Shown: positions 28,517 to 45,986 of the stretch, in pieces
Layout of the letters: each line of letters opens with the position of its first letter
How positions within the stretch are numbered: the stretch's first letter is position 1
Source: the human T2T-CHM13v2.0 reference genome, Homo sapiens
Length of the DNA stretch: 64,000 nt
Assembly: GCF_009914755.1 (NCBI RefSeq)
Contig: NC_060940.1
Strand: one strand, 5' to 3'
The notes under the pieces: generated by a model
The model's database searches: none
What the model saw: the letters and a program-made list of their open reading frames with translations, nothing else
Told to the model about the DNA's origin: nothing
Program-made: the position numbers and the translations under genes

Positions 28517-30727
28517 ATCTGGGTGATCCTTAAGCTGGACCCTGAAGATTCCATACCGTGCAGATGGCTCATTCTTTTCATCTTACAGTACTATGCAGAG
28601 TTGCTTGTGATTTTCCCTACACCCCTTCTCAATCCTGCTTCTGTTCGCTCTGACTTCTCCATCCAGACTACCCTTTCTTACCTGTCCTTTGAAGACTAAT
28701 CAGGCTCCCCTCGCCTGGTGCACTGTCCCAGGAAACTCTGCTCTAAAGTGAAGAATACTCTTGGGTGCTTCTGCGTAACCTGACCTTTCTCTTTAGTCCA
28801 GCTGGCTTTCCATCTTCCTTGGAAAACTGTTGAGCTTCAAGAGAACAAGCACTGTGCCTTTTGTCTTCTTAGACCTTGAAATTAGCAGCATATACGGCAC
28901 ATAGTAGGTGTGTAAATGCTCATTAGGTTAAAAGAATCCATAGCACCATATAATTTACACGATGACCCTGTGTGACAGATATAATATATTATAACATTTT
29001 ATTCTAATTTTTAAATAATACTTGCTCACTACAGAATATTTGGAAAATACCACATAGTATAAGGTATAAAATAAAATCAACTATTATTTGTGGCATGCAG
29101 AGACAATCACTGTTAACATTTTGGCACACTTATTTCTAAGCATTTTGTTTGTACTAAAAAAAAAATGGAGTTATGGTCTATAACACTTCCCAGCTTGTTT
29201 TTCATCACTCTTTATGCAGTACAGGGCCTTTTTTGTTTCCACCCTCTCAGAAATGTTCATCCTTTTCTTAAAAAGCCCTCCCCCTTCCTCCTCCTACAGA
29301 ACCCTTGCCTGTACTCTTCTAGTCAATAACTCAATTGCCCTCCCTTTGCGACTCCTTCTTTGAGAACTTTATTTATTACTTTCTCTGTGCTGGCCCACTA
29401 CCTAGTACATGCATTTCTTCACATACATTTTCTTTAAGTATGTGTTCACGAGATATTTCACTCTTTCCACACTGAGCATCTCACCTTTACCTGTCCTCTT
29501 CCACTGTTCTTTCTGCTCCCTTTTTGCCCCTTCCGCCCTCTTCTTTACATGAGATTTGATATATGTGATACACTCAATACCTGAATGCAAAATAAATGAA
29601 CTATGCTAGGAGCTTCTTTCGGTTCTGTACCTGATATAGATGAGGAAAGAGAGGCACGTGCAACTTACGTCTATTGCCCAAGGACACGCTGGTATGCTTC
29701 TTTCATTTTCTTGCAAGAGAAAAAAAAAATCAATAGTCTGCAGTGTCTTTCCAATAAATTAAACACACATGAACCAGTTTTACATCTAGAATGGGCATTT
29801 GCAATAATGTTGATGCTCCAAAATAAAATTGAGTGCTCCCCATCACTGAAACGTCTTAACACCAGTGAGTTCATGCTTCCATCAGCCAAGAGCTGCAGTT
29901 GGACCTTCCCTTAGGATTGGCTTCACTTCAGGACTGGCAGCTTTTCCAGGAACAAACTCACCTTATTCTCTGAACTGGATAATCTACATAAAGGCTGAGG
30001 TGGTTTGTATCACTGGGTGTGTTAGTTTTAAGGCCAAAAAAAAGAAGCCAAGGAAAAGAGAGGCCTTGTCAGATAAAAGCGTCGTTCACACTATTTTCCT
30101 CCCCCTTCTCCTGACTTCGCTTTGCTGAACTATAATTGTACCATCTTCTCCTTGAGGAAGACAGAAAAATAAAAGCTCTCACTTGCGCAGATAAAGAGCC
30201 TGTTCTCCCCGAAGTCATTCCAGCAATGCACAGCAGAGCTTCCCACAAACATGAGAGTGGTGTGATCCGTCTACAAAGAACATTTTCCAGATGCTGCCTT
30301 CTGTGCTTTTGGGTTATTTTCTTGTTTGTTTATTTGAGAAAATGACACAGAAATAAAGAAAAACAAGAGGTACATGGGTTTTGCTCACTCAGTAATATCC
30401 AATAGATAATTCTAAATGGATTTTCCTGAAAGCAACTGAAGAGAGATTGGACAGTTGCGTGTGGAAAAAGAAAGTGCAATCGTGGAGTCCATTACTAGAA
30501 TCTGTAGGGCTCAAATGTTGCATGTCCTATTCTGACAGGGTATTATTTTAACCCATTAGCAGAAAATAAACTCTTTGGTATGATCTGAGTTCTCAATCCA
30601 AGTCATCTCTTAAATCAGTCAGCAATGTTTATTGAGTGCCTACTCCGTACACAGATGGAAGTGTTCAGTAGCGTTTTGTTAGCATGTTCACTTAGTGCTA
30701 TTGCATTCATTCAAGAATATGAATCCA

Positions 30728-31081
<354 letters not shown>

Positions 31082-31261
31082 CTAAAAGAGTTCTCTCAGT
31101 CTGTGCTTCAAAAGAGTCTGACTAGAATGCGCAACAGCATACTAACCACCTCATAGTCTAAATAAAATTAGTGCCAAAAATGCCAAATCAAGATTACTAT
31201 GGTTAATTTCTCTTCCATGTCCCTAATTATAATAGTACTTAGGAACATGGAATAATTATAC

Positions 31262-31372
31262 CAGTGGTTTTTGAATTTAGATTGCCAAGCCCCAGGCCTA
31301 ATATTTCTGAATCTAGTCCTTTTCCAGTGATGCAGATGCTGCTGGTTTAGGACACCAGTTTGAGAAACACTG
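31262..31372. mobile_element. Internally deleted MER5A-like MITE
   Basis: Ends CAGTGGTTTTTGAA and TTGAGAAACACTG; GATGCAGATGCTGCTGGT motif. Confidence 0.65.
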
Positions 31373-31375
31373 CTC

Positions 31376-31678
31376 ATCCAGGCGTGGTGGCTCATGCTGG
31401 TAATCCCAGCACTTTGGGAGGCTGAGGTGGGAGGATCACTTGAGACCAGGAGTTTGAGACTAGCCTGGACAACAAAGCAAAACCTTGCCTTCATACAAAA
31501 GAAAATAATTAGCCAGGCATGGTGGCATGAGCCTATAGGCCCAGACACTTTGGGGGCTAAGGCAGAAGGACAATTTGAGCCCAGGAGTTCAAGGCTGCAG
31601 TGAGCTATGATCATGCCATTGGGTTCCAGCCTGGGAGGCAGAGCAAGATCCTCTAAAAATAATAATAAAGTGAAAAAG
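31376..31678 (+). mobile_element. AluJ
   Basis: GAGCCCAGGAGTTCAAGGCTGCAGTGAGCTATGATC. Confidence 0.9.
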
Positions 31679-31702
31679 AGAAAGGGTGGAGAACAAGAAA
31701 TG

Positions 31703-31830
31703 TTATCTTTGTTTAATATTACTTATATACCAGGAAATACATTATAGTTATATAATATTGTCTCATTTATCTTTGTTTAATGTTATTTATATACCAGGCA
31801 ATGCATTATAGTTATATAATATTGTCTCAT
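31703..31830. repeat. 64-bp tandem duplication within a reverse MIR fragment
   Basis: Units 31703-31766 and 31767-31830, 4 mismatches. Confidence 0.9.
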
Positions 31831-31833
31831 TTA

Positions 31834-32184
<351 letters not shown>

Positions 32185-32790
32185 TTATTTTTTAAACGAA
32201 ACACTTTCTACAACATAGGGATAATAACAACAAATGCTACCTCCCTCATAGACTTCTCTTTCTGTCATTCAATATTTTTTCTCCTTAATTAATTGGAACT
32301 CCTTGAATGACAATAAAACTTGAATGAATTATTTTCCTGGTTAGTGCGCCTTTTCGAAACATAGTTTCTCAGAACTCAGTAAAAGTATATGATTTAATTA
32401 TAGCTAGCAGTGTAGAATGAGCAATATTGCATTTATTTGCTCACATGGTCATTTATTTGTTTATTCAACACATACTCCACATGTATTATTTGTCATGGTC
32501 AGATTGTGTGCTCCAGAGTGGAGATATAAAGGTAAATATGGCATAAATGGTTTTAGGGGGTCAAAATCTAGTGGGAAACACAAGTGAATATAAAACTAAC
32601 AGACATTATTGCACAAGGATAGCAGCAAGTACAAGGAAGGAGCTCCACTATAACCAGATTGGAGAGCGATGCCAAGAAATACATCCAGAGCACATGATGC
32701 TTGTGCTACTGTGGTCCGTTTGAGAGTTTATGTCCCTAGTGGGGCTAGTGCTTGGCTTCTAGAATGGTGCTATGGCTAGACATGGAGCAG

Positions 32791-33851
<1,061 letters not shown>

Positions 33852-33914
33852 ACAGCAGATATTTTTGTTTATTCGTTTTAACAAGGACCCAATGCAATGA
33901 TAATGGGGAGGCTA

Positions 33915-34150
33915 AGAGTATCTGGCTGAGAGATTGATCTGCCCTCTGAATTTGAATCCTGATCTCCTCACTTGACACCTTCATGACCTTGGGCAAGTCA
34001 TTCAATTTCCCTAAGTCCCATTTTTAAATTTGTCATATATAGATAATAGTAGTGTTTTGATTGTGTTGAAGTTCAAATTCAAAATAATGCAGTTAAGGTT
34101 TCTTGTTCAATGACTACCTGGTACATAGGCAGTAGTATGTAGCAAATAGG
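33915..34150 (+). mobile_element. MIR
   Basis: TTTGAATCCTG...TGACCTTGGGCAAGTCATT. Confidence 0.7.
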
Positions 34151-34713
34151 AATAAAGTGGTAATGAATATAAAAAAATTGTAAACACAAGTTATAATCCT
34201 ACACTGATGAGAAGGCAAGATTTGTTCATTGGTAACAGAGATTTAAAATGAATCTGCACAACCTTGCCCAGCATACTTGTAGAACATCCACATATTTAAT
34301 TTGTAAGCTAATTTTTCCATGCAGCCTTCTGAGTTATTCATTAAAATTTCTGTCTGAAAAGAGAACAGAAGAAAATTTTACCCAGTTGGTTCAAAGTAAG
34401 TTGCAGTAACTTAAGGCTTGAGGAGTGTGAATGGCCTGGCCAGCCATTTTTACTAGCTCAACATAGTCTCCTTAAAGATCTGTTCCATTTTTACTCACAT
34501 CTGTAATTCTATTTTTTAACACAAGCCTCAGACACAGAAGGTGGCAGCCCATGAATATTGAATGAATAAACAATGTAAGTGTTTGCTTTAATTTTGTTCT
34601 TCTAATTTTTGAGTCACATTGTGAAAATGCAGTAAGTCTGAACTGTATATCCAAAACAAAGAGAGAATGTAAAGAAATAACATGTATTAAAATACTTTCC
34701 TCATTAGGCACAC

Positions 34714-35018
<305 letters not shown>

Positions 35019-35557
35019 AAGCACAGTTTTAATGCTTTAATGCAGCTTCAACAATTTCTGCATAAAAAGGCTTCTGTCCACAATTTTATTTAAATTATTG
35101 GCTTATAGTTAAGCCCCATGGTGGGGTAAAATAGTTTTAATGTTTTCTGCATTTTTTGTGTGTTTATGAGCATTAAGAAATGGTTTGCCAATACTTCAAT
35201 TAATATTGAATGAAATAATGCAGTTGGCATTGATTTTTCTGGTATTATCCTTTTATTACAATTTATGGTGTGAAACTTATAGCATTCATGAGATCAATCG
35301 TTGGGATTGGGAATGGGCTCACCACATGGAATAAAACACATGACCATAACAGTTAGTATATAACGATAACCTCAAGCTCTGCTAATCGTATGCTCTTCTT
35401 TCCACTCTGTGCTGTCTTCCTATTTTCAGCCTTGAGAGCCGTTTCATATGATTTTTGCCAATAAAGGATGGCCTATAAACTGGCACTATCCCTACATTAC
35501 GATGGTCTCTCATTTTAAGAAAACTTCATGCACTTATCTCTAAGTTGGCACCACTGA

Positions 35558-35914
<357 letters not shown>

Positions 35915-36893
35915 TATAACACATTTTTTTTGCAAAGGCCTTTTGTGATGTTTGATAATTTTTTAAAAATTTGCTCTTCTTGTACTTCAGTGGATACGAA
36001 AAGTATACTATTTGGACACGCATGTACTAGGGTTCTGTATCTGTTTTCCCAGTATGTGATTTCCCAGAATGTTTCTTCTTAATTAAGACAATCTCTTTCA
36101 CCCTTACCATTAACTGAGTCCCACTTTGATTCACTAATAAAGATAAACGTCCCAATTTTTCACCCGATGAAAACAGAATCTTTAGCCCATGGTTGCCTAA
36201 TATCAAGATTTTGGGGCACTTGGATTCTACAGGAATATTTCATATACCTTGTAGTTTATCATTATGTTATCTGTGGTAAAATTTTTAGTAGTAGATCGAG
36301 TAAAAGGACAAAATAGGTCAAAAAGGGAAAAGTTCTGTGAGTGACAGTAAAAGGATTTAAAATTAGGACTTGATAATTTTATTAATTTAATAAATGGAAA
36401 AGTAAGTGCTTGTGTCTTAATACAGCCAATTAAAATGATCTTATGATATCTCTTGCTGCTGCAGAGTGAGTGATGGAGTCTCTCTTTTGTGGTTAAGCAT
36501 AAAAGTCATTAATTTTAATGAGAGTAATGTGTGTGTGTGTGTTTTTTTTAAGTAGAAATTAATGAAGTGAGCACATTGAAACTTTGCACTGGCCTGAATG
36601 GAATGGTAAAAGCATCATCTCCCAGGCCAATAATGCACTATTCTGGAAGCCTTTGTGTACCACGTGCCATGGACAATGATTACCAAGGAGTTATTGCGTC
36701 AATAGGTAAATCTCTAAAAATGAGTGACATTGGCACTAAATTGTAAGTCAATTCTCATGATTGCTAATATTTCAAAGATTGCTATTACCTTCATAAAAGA
36801 GGCATATCTCACTTTATACAGCAGTTAAGAAGCAAAAATTATTTTATTACACTGAATAAGGCAGCACAAAATCATGTTTTCTTCTGATGAGGT

Positions 36894-37851
<958 letters not shown>

Positions 37852-38516
37852 AGTAATTGTCTTTATAATGCAAACCTGGTCTATGTCGCCTCGTCCATTC
37901 TTTTCCTCCCTTCCCCTGGAACACCTTTTAAAATAAAAACTGGTGAAACCGTTATCTTAGATGTTATACATTGGAGACCTATGTATTAAGATATGCTTAG
38001 TTGGGCCTACACAGTTAAAAAATTTTTTTGAATATGTTACCAATGTTTAAATATGGGAGATTTCATAGAAAACAATAGATTTAAAGCTGCTTTTAAAATA
38101 TTATTCCAACAGGACTAATCCAGGCCTTTGAGCATAAAACTCACCATACCTTATCTGATTCACTAGTTCCCAACTCTTCCTTTTAATGATACCAATCTAC
38201 CTCTAGTTTTTAGCTAATGGGAGACCAGATATTTGAGGTTTCTGGAGCCTCTACAAAATATTCTCCCCTTCATGTCAAACATTCCCTTCAATGCCTGCAC
38301 AAAAATTTCGCGTCTAGCCAAAGCTTGAGTTTTCCTCCAAACATATTTTCTTAGTGTTGTTTAATTTTTAACTCTGCTTTCCTATAGGTTTTGCAGTGAA
38401 TGTCCAGCCTCCAAAATCCTAAGATAGGTTTGTCTTTTCTTTGAAATGCAGGTCTCAGACAATTAAAGTAGTGTCAATTTTTCCTTCTTTAAATTTCTAT
38501 TACCATTGGTTACTAG

Positions 38517-38878
<362 letters not shown>

Positions 38879-38884
38879 AAGTCA

Positions 38885-39233
<349 letters not shown>

Positions 39234-40046
39234 CTAAATTAATTACCTGTATATCCCTAAGGCATAGACTCAAACCAGGCATGTTGTAGTTGCACGTCAA
39301 TATTAAATACGGCTGGATGGATGAATCTATATTATAAACATACTTGGTACCTATAGCTTCTGTGAGCTGGCTTCAGTTTTTATTATTATTTCACATAATC
39401 TGCAAGGGATGCAGAAAATCAGTTTCAGTCAGTGGTGGAAAAACAAAGATTAAAGGAAGAAGGAAACTTTGTCTAGCATGCTAGTTACTCACATTCCTTC
39501 AGGCATTTATGAAAACAAAATTACAACCAATTACATGCAGAAACTGAAAATACCTAGATTATGGGTACTTTTCATCCCAGTTCTCATGGAGTTGTTGAGA
39601 GGAGTGGCTCAGCCAAAGTATATAAAGGGTTTAGAATAGTTCCTGGCACCTATAAATATTCAATAGGAGTTAATTATATGTTGGGATTATTATGTTATCT
39701 AACTCTAGGTCATGTGCTTTCCTTCATTTCCTATAATATCCACTTAAAATTTATTAAATCCATGCCTGCTCATGCACTCTTTTGGCAAGATTCCCTGAAC
39801 ACCTTCTGTGTGTAAGCACATGCTGAGTCCTTTTGCCTGGAGTGTGCTTTCCTGTGTCCCAGGACTGCCTAACCTCTCCTCATCCTCCACGGTGACTTTC
39901 AGATGTCAGATATGCCTTCCAACCTTCACTGACTCCTTGCCCTAGAGAGAGAATCCTTTATCTGCACTCCTCCTGCCCCTTGGGACACACTCTATTGTCT
40001 GAGCTCATTACAAAATATTAACATCAGTTGTTTTCATAAATACACA

Positions 40047-40287
40047 CAGGGCTACAACATACAGCTATGAAGGTTGTGCCCTTTATGGAATCTTATGACA
40101 AGTCAGGGATGCTCAAATGTAGCCCTGGTGATTGGACAATGCTCTTTGGCATGAGCTGAACCTAATTAGTACAATAAAATGGCACATGTTTTGCAATGTA
40201 TTTGCCCAAAGAGATTGCATTTTATGATTAATTGGAACCAAGAGGAGCGCCTTTTTCTAATTGGCACAATTGGTCATGGTGACCCTG
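40047..40287. mobile_element. MER91-like hAT-Tip100 MITE inside an L2 relic
   Basis: Ends CAGGGCTAC...GTGACCCTG; GCCTTTTTCTAATTGGCACAA motif. Confidence 0.55.
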
Positions 40288-40523
40288 ACCATGTCCTCAT
40301 TAGCACGTGCGTTCTTTGACATCTGGAATCACATTCACCTTAAAATTCATTAATTTATACATCCATTCATTTAATCATTAAACAAATATTAATTGAGAAC
40401 TTACTTTGTTACAGTCACTTATCTTAGAGTCTGGTTCTCTGTCCTTTGCCCCTTACGTGGTGTATAAAATAAATTTTTAAAAGCCAGTGAGTTGATTTCT
40501 ATTATTGCTTTACAAAAGGATAA

Positions 40524-40860
<337 letters not shown>

Positions 40861-41793
40861 ATACATTTTCAATTCTATTTGTCCTTTCTAATCCTAAACT
40901 GATGCTTAAAGTGATTAAGTGACTCAGCTAAGTTAAAACATCAAGTGGGTGATAGAATTAGGATGTTTAACCAGATTCCTGCTACTAGCAAACAGGACCG
41001 GCCCATGTATTAAACAGACAAATCACTGATAATCCTTTGACTCCATTGAATGAGGGGTCTTCCTGGGTTCAATCGCTGTAGCTAAGGTGAAAAATCCTGG
41101 AACAAAACACAGTTGCTAGGGCACAAGATTTGCTAAGAAAAATGAGCACCAATCATCAGAATCAGCAGGGGAGATATTTCACGTGGATTCCCAGTGGGTC
41201 TACAGTAAGGGCAAGATGTTTTTATTTTTTCATGTAAGCTGTGGTGATAATTTGGAGAAACAGCTGTATTTGAAAATCATAATTTTAAAACACTGTTACC
41301 CAGTACTGTTAAAATGCTCTCTGTTGTATTTAGATGAGAAACTCTATTAAGTTTACTTCAAGTTGAAGTAACTCTTACATTTCACCCCTGTGGCTCATTT
41401 GGTGAAATAAAAACAGGCACCCAGGGAAAATTATAAATAAAAGTACAGTAGCATGGGTTTAGGTTCCTAATAACTGGAAATAAATTGAAGTAATTTGGAA
41501 ACTTTAAGATAGATAGATAGATATGTAAATAGATTACAGTGCTTCTACACAGTATCAGCAGAGGTTACATTACTTTGAATATCTCCCAGGGAGCACAAAT
41601 ATGAATAATAACTAATATATTTTGATCTTTATAAAAACCCTTTAAGATATAAAAAGTATTCATTATTACTTCCACTTTTGGGATGAGAAAATCAAGAGTT
41701 TCAGTTTAAATGGCAATCTCTAGGAAACAGCAAGCTCAGAATGGCTCTCCGAACATTAAATGTTGAATTTCTGCAAATGCACCGCTTCATGGT

Positions 41794-41842
41794 GAAGAAG
41801 AAGAAGAAGAGGAAGAGGAAGAGGAAGGAGGAGGAGAAGAAA

Positions 41843-41876
<34 letters not shown>

Positions 41877-42098
41877 AGAAGAAGAAGAAGAAGAAGAAGA
41901 AGAAGAAGGAGAAGAAGAAGGAGAAGGAGAAGGAGAAGGAGAAGAAGAAAGAAGGAGGAGGAGAAGGAAGGGAAGGGAAAGGGGGAAGAAAGAGAATAAG
42001 AAGAGGAGGAGAAAGAGGAGGAGGAGGAAGAAGGAGGAGGAGGAGGAGAGGGAGAAGAAGAAGGAGAACAATGAAGAGAGGAGAAGAAGAGGAAAAGA
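41794..42098. repeat. GAA/GAG-rich polypurine tract with pure (GAA)18 at 41854-41907
   Basis: Direct count. Confidence 0.95.
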
Positions 42099-43795
42099 AT
42101 TCTTGACCTTCTTTTTCTCAGTTTGGAACTTGGCAGCAGTGTTAAAAGAATTATTATTTAATGTGCCAAACTTCAATGAATGAGCAAAATTTGGTCCTTT
42201 GGCATAACATAGAGGCTGAATATCATGAAATGGATGTCTGGAATCATTGTCCTATTCAAACTATTGGACTTCAGGTGATTGAATTGCTATGCTTCTTTTG
42301 AATTTAGTGAAATGTTTAGAATACTGTTTATTCACTCAACAGAAATAATATTGAGTCATCTCTTCATTCCAGCTATAATAAAAGATACTAGATAGGAAGA
42401 ACCTATAGCCATTGATTTTGAAAAGCGAAGAGGTTAATTGGAGACACCATAAACACATGAGTGAATGAACCGTCACAGACTGACTTGTAACAGAGATATA
42501 CATGTGGACTTAGTCTGATTCAATGGAACAGGGAATGTTCTGAACTGAGTGTCAAATTTTAGCTAAGCCAAGTTAACTCAAAAGGAGAAAGAAAGCTCAT
42601 CTTTGTAGACAGGGGAGTAAATGCAAGACACGTATAGGTGGGTGTATTTGAGAAACTCAACAAGTATAACCAGTTGTTCCCTTCCTAAACAGTGATAGAA
42701 GTTCTTAGACTTATTTGTAAATATCTGATATTTATCACATACCTATAACGTGCATAGCACTGGCTTGCACAGGTCCCTGAGGAGCAAAGGGCAAACTTCA
42801 AATACTCCAAAAGTAGCACCTGTGATAAATGAATGGGTGAACCCTGTTCCCATGAAATATATGAAAAAGAAATGGCAATATGGATCTAAAATCAATGCAG
42901 CTTTTGGAGAGAAAGGGCATCAGGTGCGTTAACAGCAGCTTTCATCTCTCAGCAGCTAGTAATGTAATGGACTATGACAGGGAGAGATACCTGGAGATCT
43001 GCAGGAAACATTAAATGTCAGAAGAAACAGACTCAGGAGTCTTGCAGCAAAGGGAGAAACTCTTGGTATGATAGGGGCTTCATGGACCCAGATTTTTACT
43101 ACTAACAAGTGCTTTGGCTTTAGACAAGGTTAGGATGTACTCCTGGGACAATTTTTTTGTGTGTATTTCCTTGTCACTGCACTGCTCTGGGCAGGATGGC
43201 CATGAAGGAAAGTGTTAGCATAGGGAGGGAGAAAATATAAGAATTGGGGGAAAAAATGTGCTTTAATTCCTTCCAGGACTCCTAAACACACATCTATGAC
43301 AACATCTCCAACTCTTGAGTTCTGGCTATATGGCCTAGATGAAACAAAAGGCATTGTTCAAGAGCTCTGATACATTCAATGATCTGAGTAGTGGTTTAAT
43401 GTATAGTGAAGGAAGTTCCGTGGCTACATAGTGTGCACATGGGAGGCTGGTGGATGGATGTAGTTCAATTCCTAGTTGTCCCTCTTTCTGTGTCTTAGTT
43501 TTCTTCTCTGTTAAGGGGCAATGATCATGGTGGCTCTCACATGCTACTGAAGTGAGGATGTAATGATAGATGGTGGTGAAATACTTAGTAGAGGATCTGG
43601 CACACAATAAGTGCTTCATGAATGTTAAATCTTCCACTAGTGTTTGACATTCTCTTTTTCCCTCTCCCTCTCTCTCTTTTTTTTAAAAAAATCCATCTGG
43701 ATCTTTAATATAAATTGAAATACCTCATCAGTATGGCTGTGATTATGGAAAAGCAGGGTGGAATAAATTATACGGTGTTCAATGAGATTCCATGT

Positions 43796-44116
43796 AAGAG
43801 AGAGAGGGAGAGAAAGGAAGAAAAGAAGAAGAAGAAGAAGAAGAAGAAGAGGAGGAGGAGGAAGAAGGAGGAGGAGGAGGTGGAGGAGGAGGGAAGAAGG
43901 GGGAGAAGGAGGAAGAGGAGGAAGGAGGAGGAGAAGAATAGCAAGAGGAAGAAGGAGAGTGAGGGGAAGAGGAGGAGGAGAAGAAGAAGGAGATGAAGAA
44001 GAAGAGGGAGAAGAACAAGAAGAAAAGAAGAAGAAGAAGAAGAAGAAGAAGAAGAAGAAGAAGAAGAAGAAGAAGAAGAAGAAGAAGAAAAGAGGAGGAG
44101 GAGGAAGAAGAAGAAA
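43796..44116. repeat. GAA/GAG-rich polypurine tract with (GAA)8 at 43825-43848 and (GAA)21 at 44027-44089
   Basis: Direct count. Confidence 0.95.
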
Positions 44117-44179
44117 ATTGGCCTGCCTTGTTCTTCTTTTCTATAATTGTACCCTACAGCAAAATTCCTTTTTTTCCTT

Positions 44180-44900
44180 CCACAGATATTTATTGAGTCA
44201 GTTCTATGTCCAGAACCTGTGACAAAGCCTTAATTTATAATGATAAATCTGCTAGTTTGTCTTTAAGAACCAATCTGAAACACAGCTACAAAAATGGACT
44301 GATAGGTATGATGAGGACACATAAGGAAGGCACATGAGCAATTCCTGGCCATTTGAGTTGCAAAACATAGTTGCAACTCAAATGGAGTCTGAGAATGATC
44401 GCCTTTCAGCCAGGTAAATGAGTAGGTGGCAGAAAATGAATTAGGTTTTATATGATTGGGTTTGCAAAGTTCAACAGAGAACACAACTTGCTTTGGAAGG
44501 ATGGAAGTAGTATGATGCAGTGAAGACTGGAACACAAGAGTGATGAGTGCTTGGGGAACAAAGCAGTGGCCATCTCAGGAAGATCTTATGAGACAGAGAT
44601 AGAAGCTTGGAGTTTATACTGACAGCAAGAGAAGGCTTTCAGAGAAATCACTCGGTCAAATTGCCTCTTAAATTTAATAGATAACTCTGGTGCTCTATGA
44701 AGAAGGGAGGATTATACAGAGAACAATTTGAAAATTATGATGAAGGTTTGGCATGGCCCACTCTTGGGACAAATGGTGGTTGGAAAAAAGTAAAGTATGT
44801 GAATTCGAGAGAAACCTATGAGACAAAGTCAATAGTATTCAAAATTATGTTGATCACAGAAGTTGAAAAGAAGGAAGAATGACAGATGACACAAAATATA
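44180..44900 (-). mobile_element. Diverged L2
   Basis: ACAGATATTTATTGAGT 3'-end signature and L2-like body. Confidence 0.5.
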
Positions 44901-45986
44901 TACATATGTTTCTAAGACAAATTTAAGTACAGAAGAATTGATATATCATCTTTCTTTGGGGACCCATGAATAAGGAGAGTTGTTAAAAATAGAGTATTCA
45001 GATAGTAAACTCATTTTCAGCACATGTGGTTTAATGTTGGAGATATGTTTATTAAAAACAGTTTGTCTCTGATTATGGAATATCGTAAGTGGAAATCTTG
45101 AAATTCAAGTATAGGACTTGAGATCCGTTCCTTTTTTTTTTTTTTTTTTTCATTCTGTAATGTGTGTTTTTCTCCCAGAAATAGAATAAAACTATTTGTT
45201 TTATTCAGACTGATGGTTATCTCGATGTTTTAATGATCCTTGTAAATGCCTAGAAATTTCTCCAGATTAAACAAAGCTCTAGCTAAACAATCTTGCATAC
45301 TCCTTACTTTAAGTGAGCGCTACATAAATACCAGTTCCTAAAATAATTTGCCATGTAAGGAGTCTTGACCTTACCCTGAAACCACAAAGGTAGGATTTTT
45401 TCTTCTTGTTTATTTGCAAACACTATCAAAATTTCTCTGAAAAGTGGAATTTTTAGTATTTGAAAATGCTTTGTTCAGGTATTTTACTTCGTTTATTTAA
45501 GTGTGGCTGAATAATACTTCTTTTGTCTTAGGAATAAATAACTCTGATCTTGCACTCTCCAAGGCCCATGAAACTTCTGAACACAGAATAAAGGAAATGG
45601 TTATTCATCAAGTTACCTAGGGGAAAGGAAAGAGATTGCCAGATTACCTCTCCAGTCTATGTTAACGCTGACTGTCCAAACTATGAACTTTTTAGCTATG
45701 TGCTATTCTTGTATTCAGAGGTCATTTTTATATAATGACCTCTAACTATTTGAAAACCAAATCTCAACCCATAGACTTTGTGGAGGATAGAGGTAAAAAA
45801 TAATTCAAATAGCATTTGCTAAAATAAGAGCATGTTTTTTCTGATGATAGATATGCCATTTTCTTTCCCAAAATAAAGCCACTGAGTTCTGCCCTAGATT
45901 TTCCCAAAGCATATTCAACAAAGAACTCCTTAAGGCCCTACTGTGTGCCACACAGTGGAAGAATATAGAATTAAGTAATAGGGGTT

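Noticed and set aside
30071-30409. Three AGATAA motifs as a GATA enhancer
   Set aside because: Density is not clearly above chance in AT-rich DNA
41741-44222. Lys/Arg/Glu/Ser-rich ORFs of 67-146 aa
   Set aside because: They are translations of GAA/GAG simple repeats, open in several frames and on both strands
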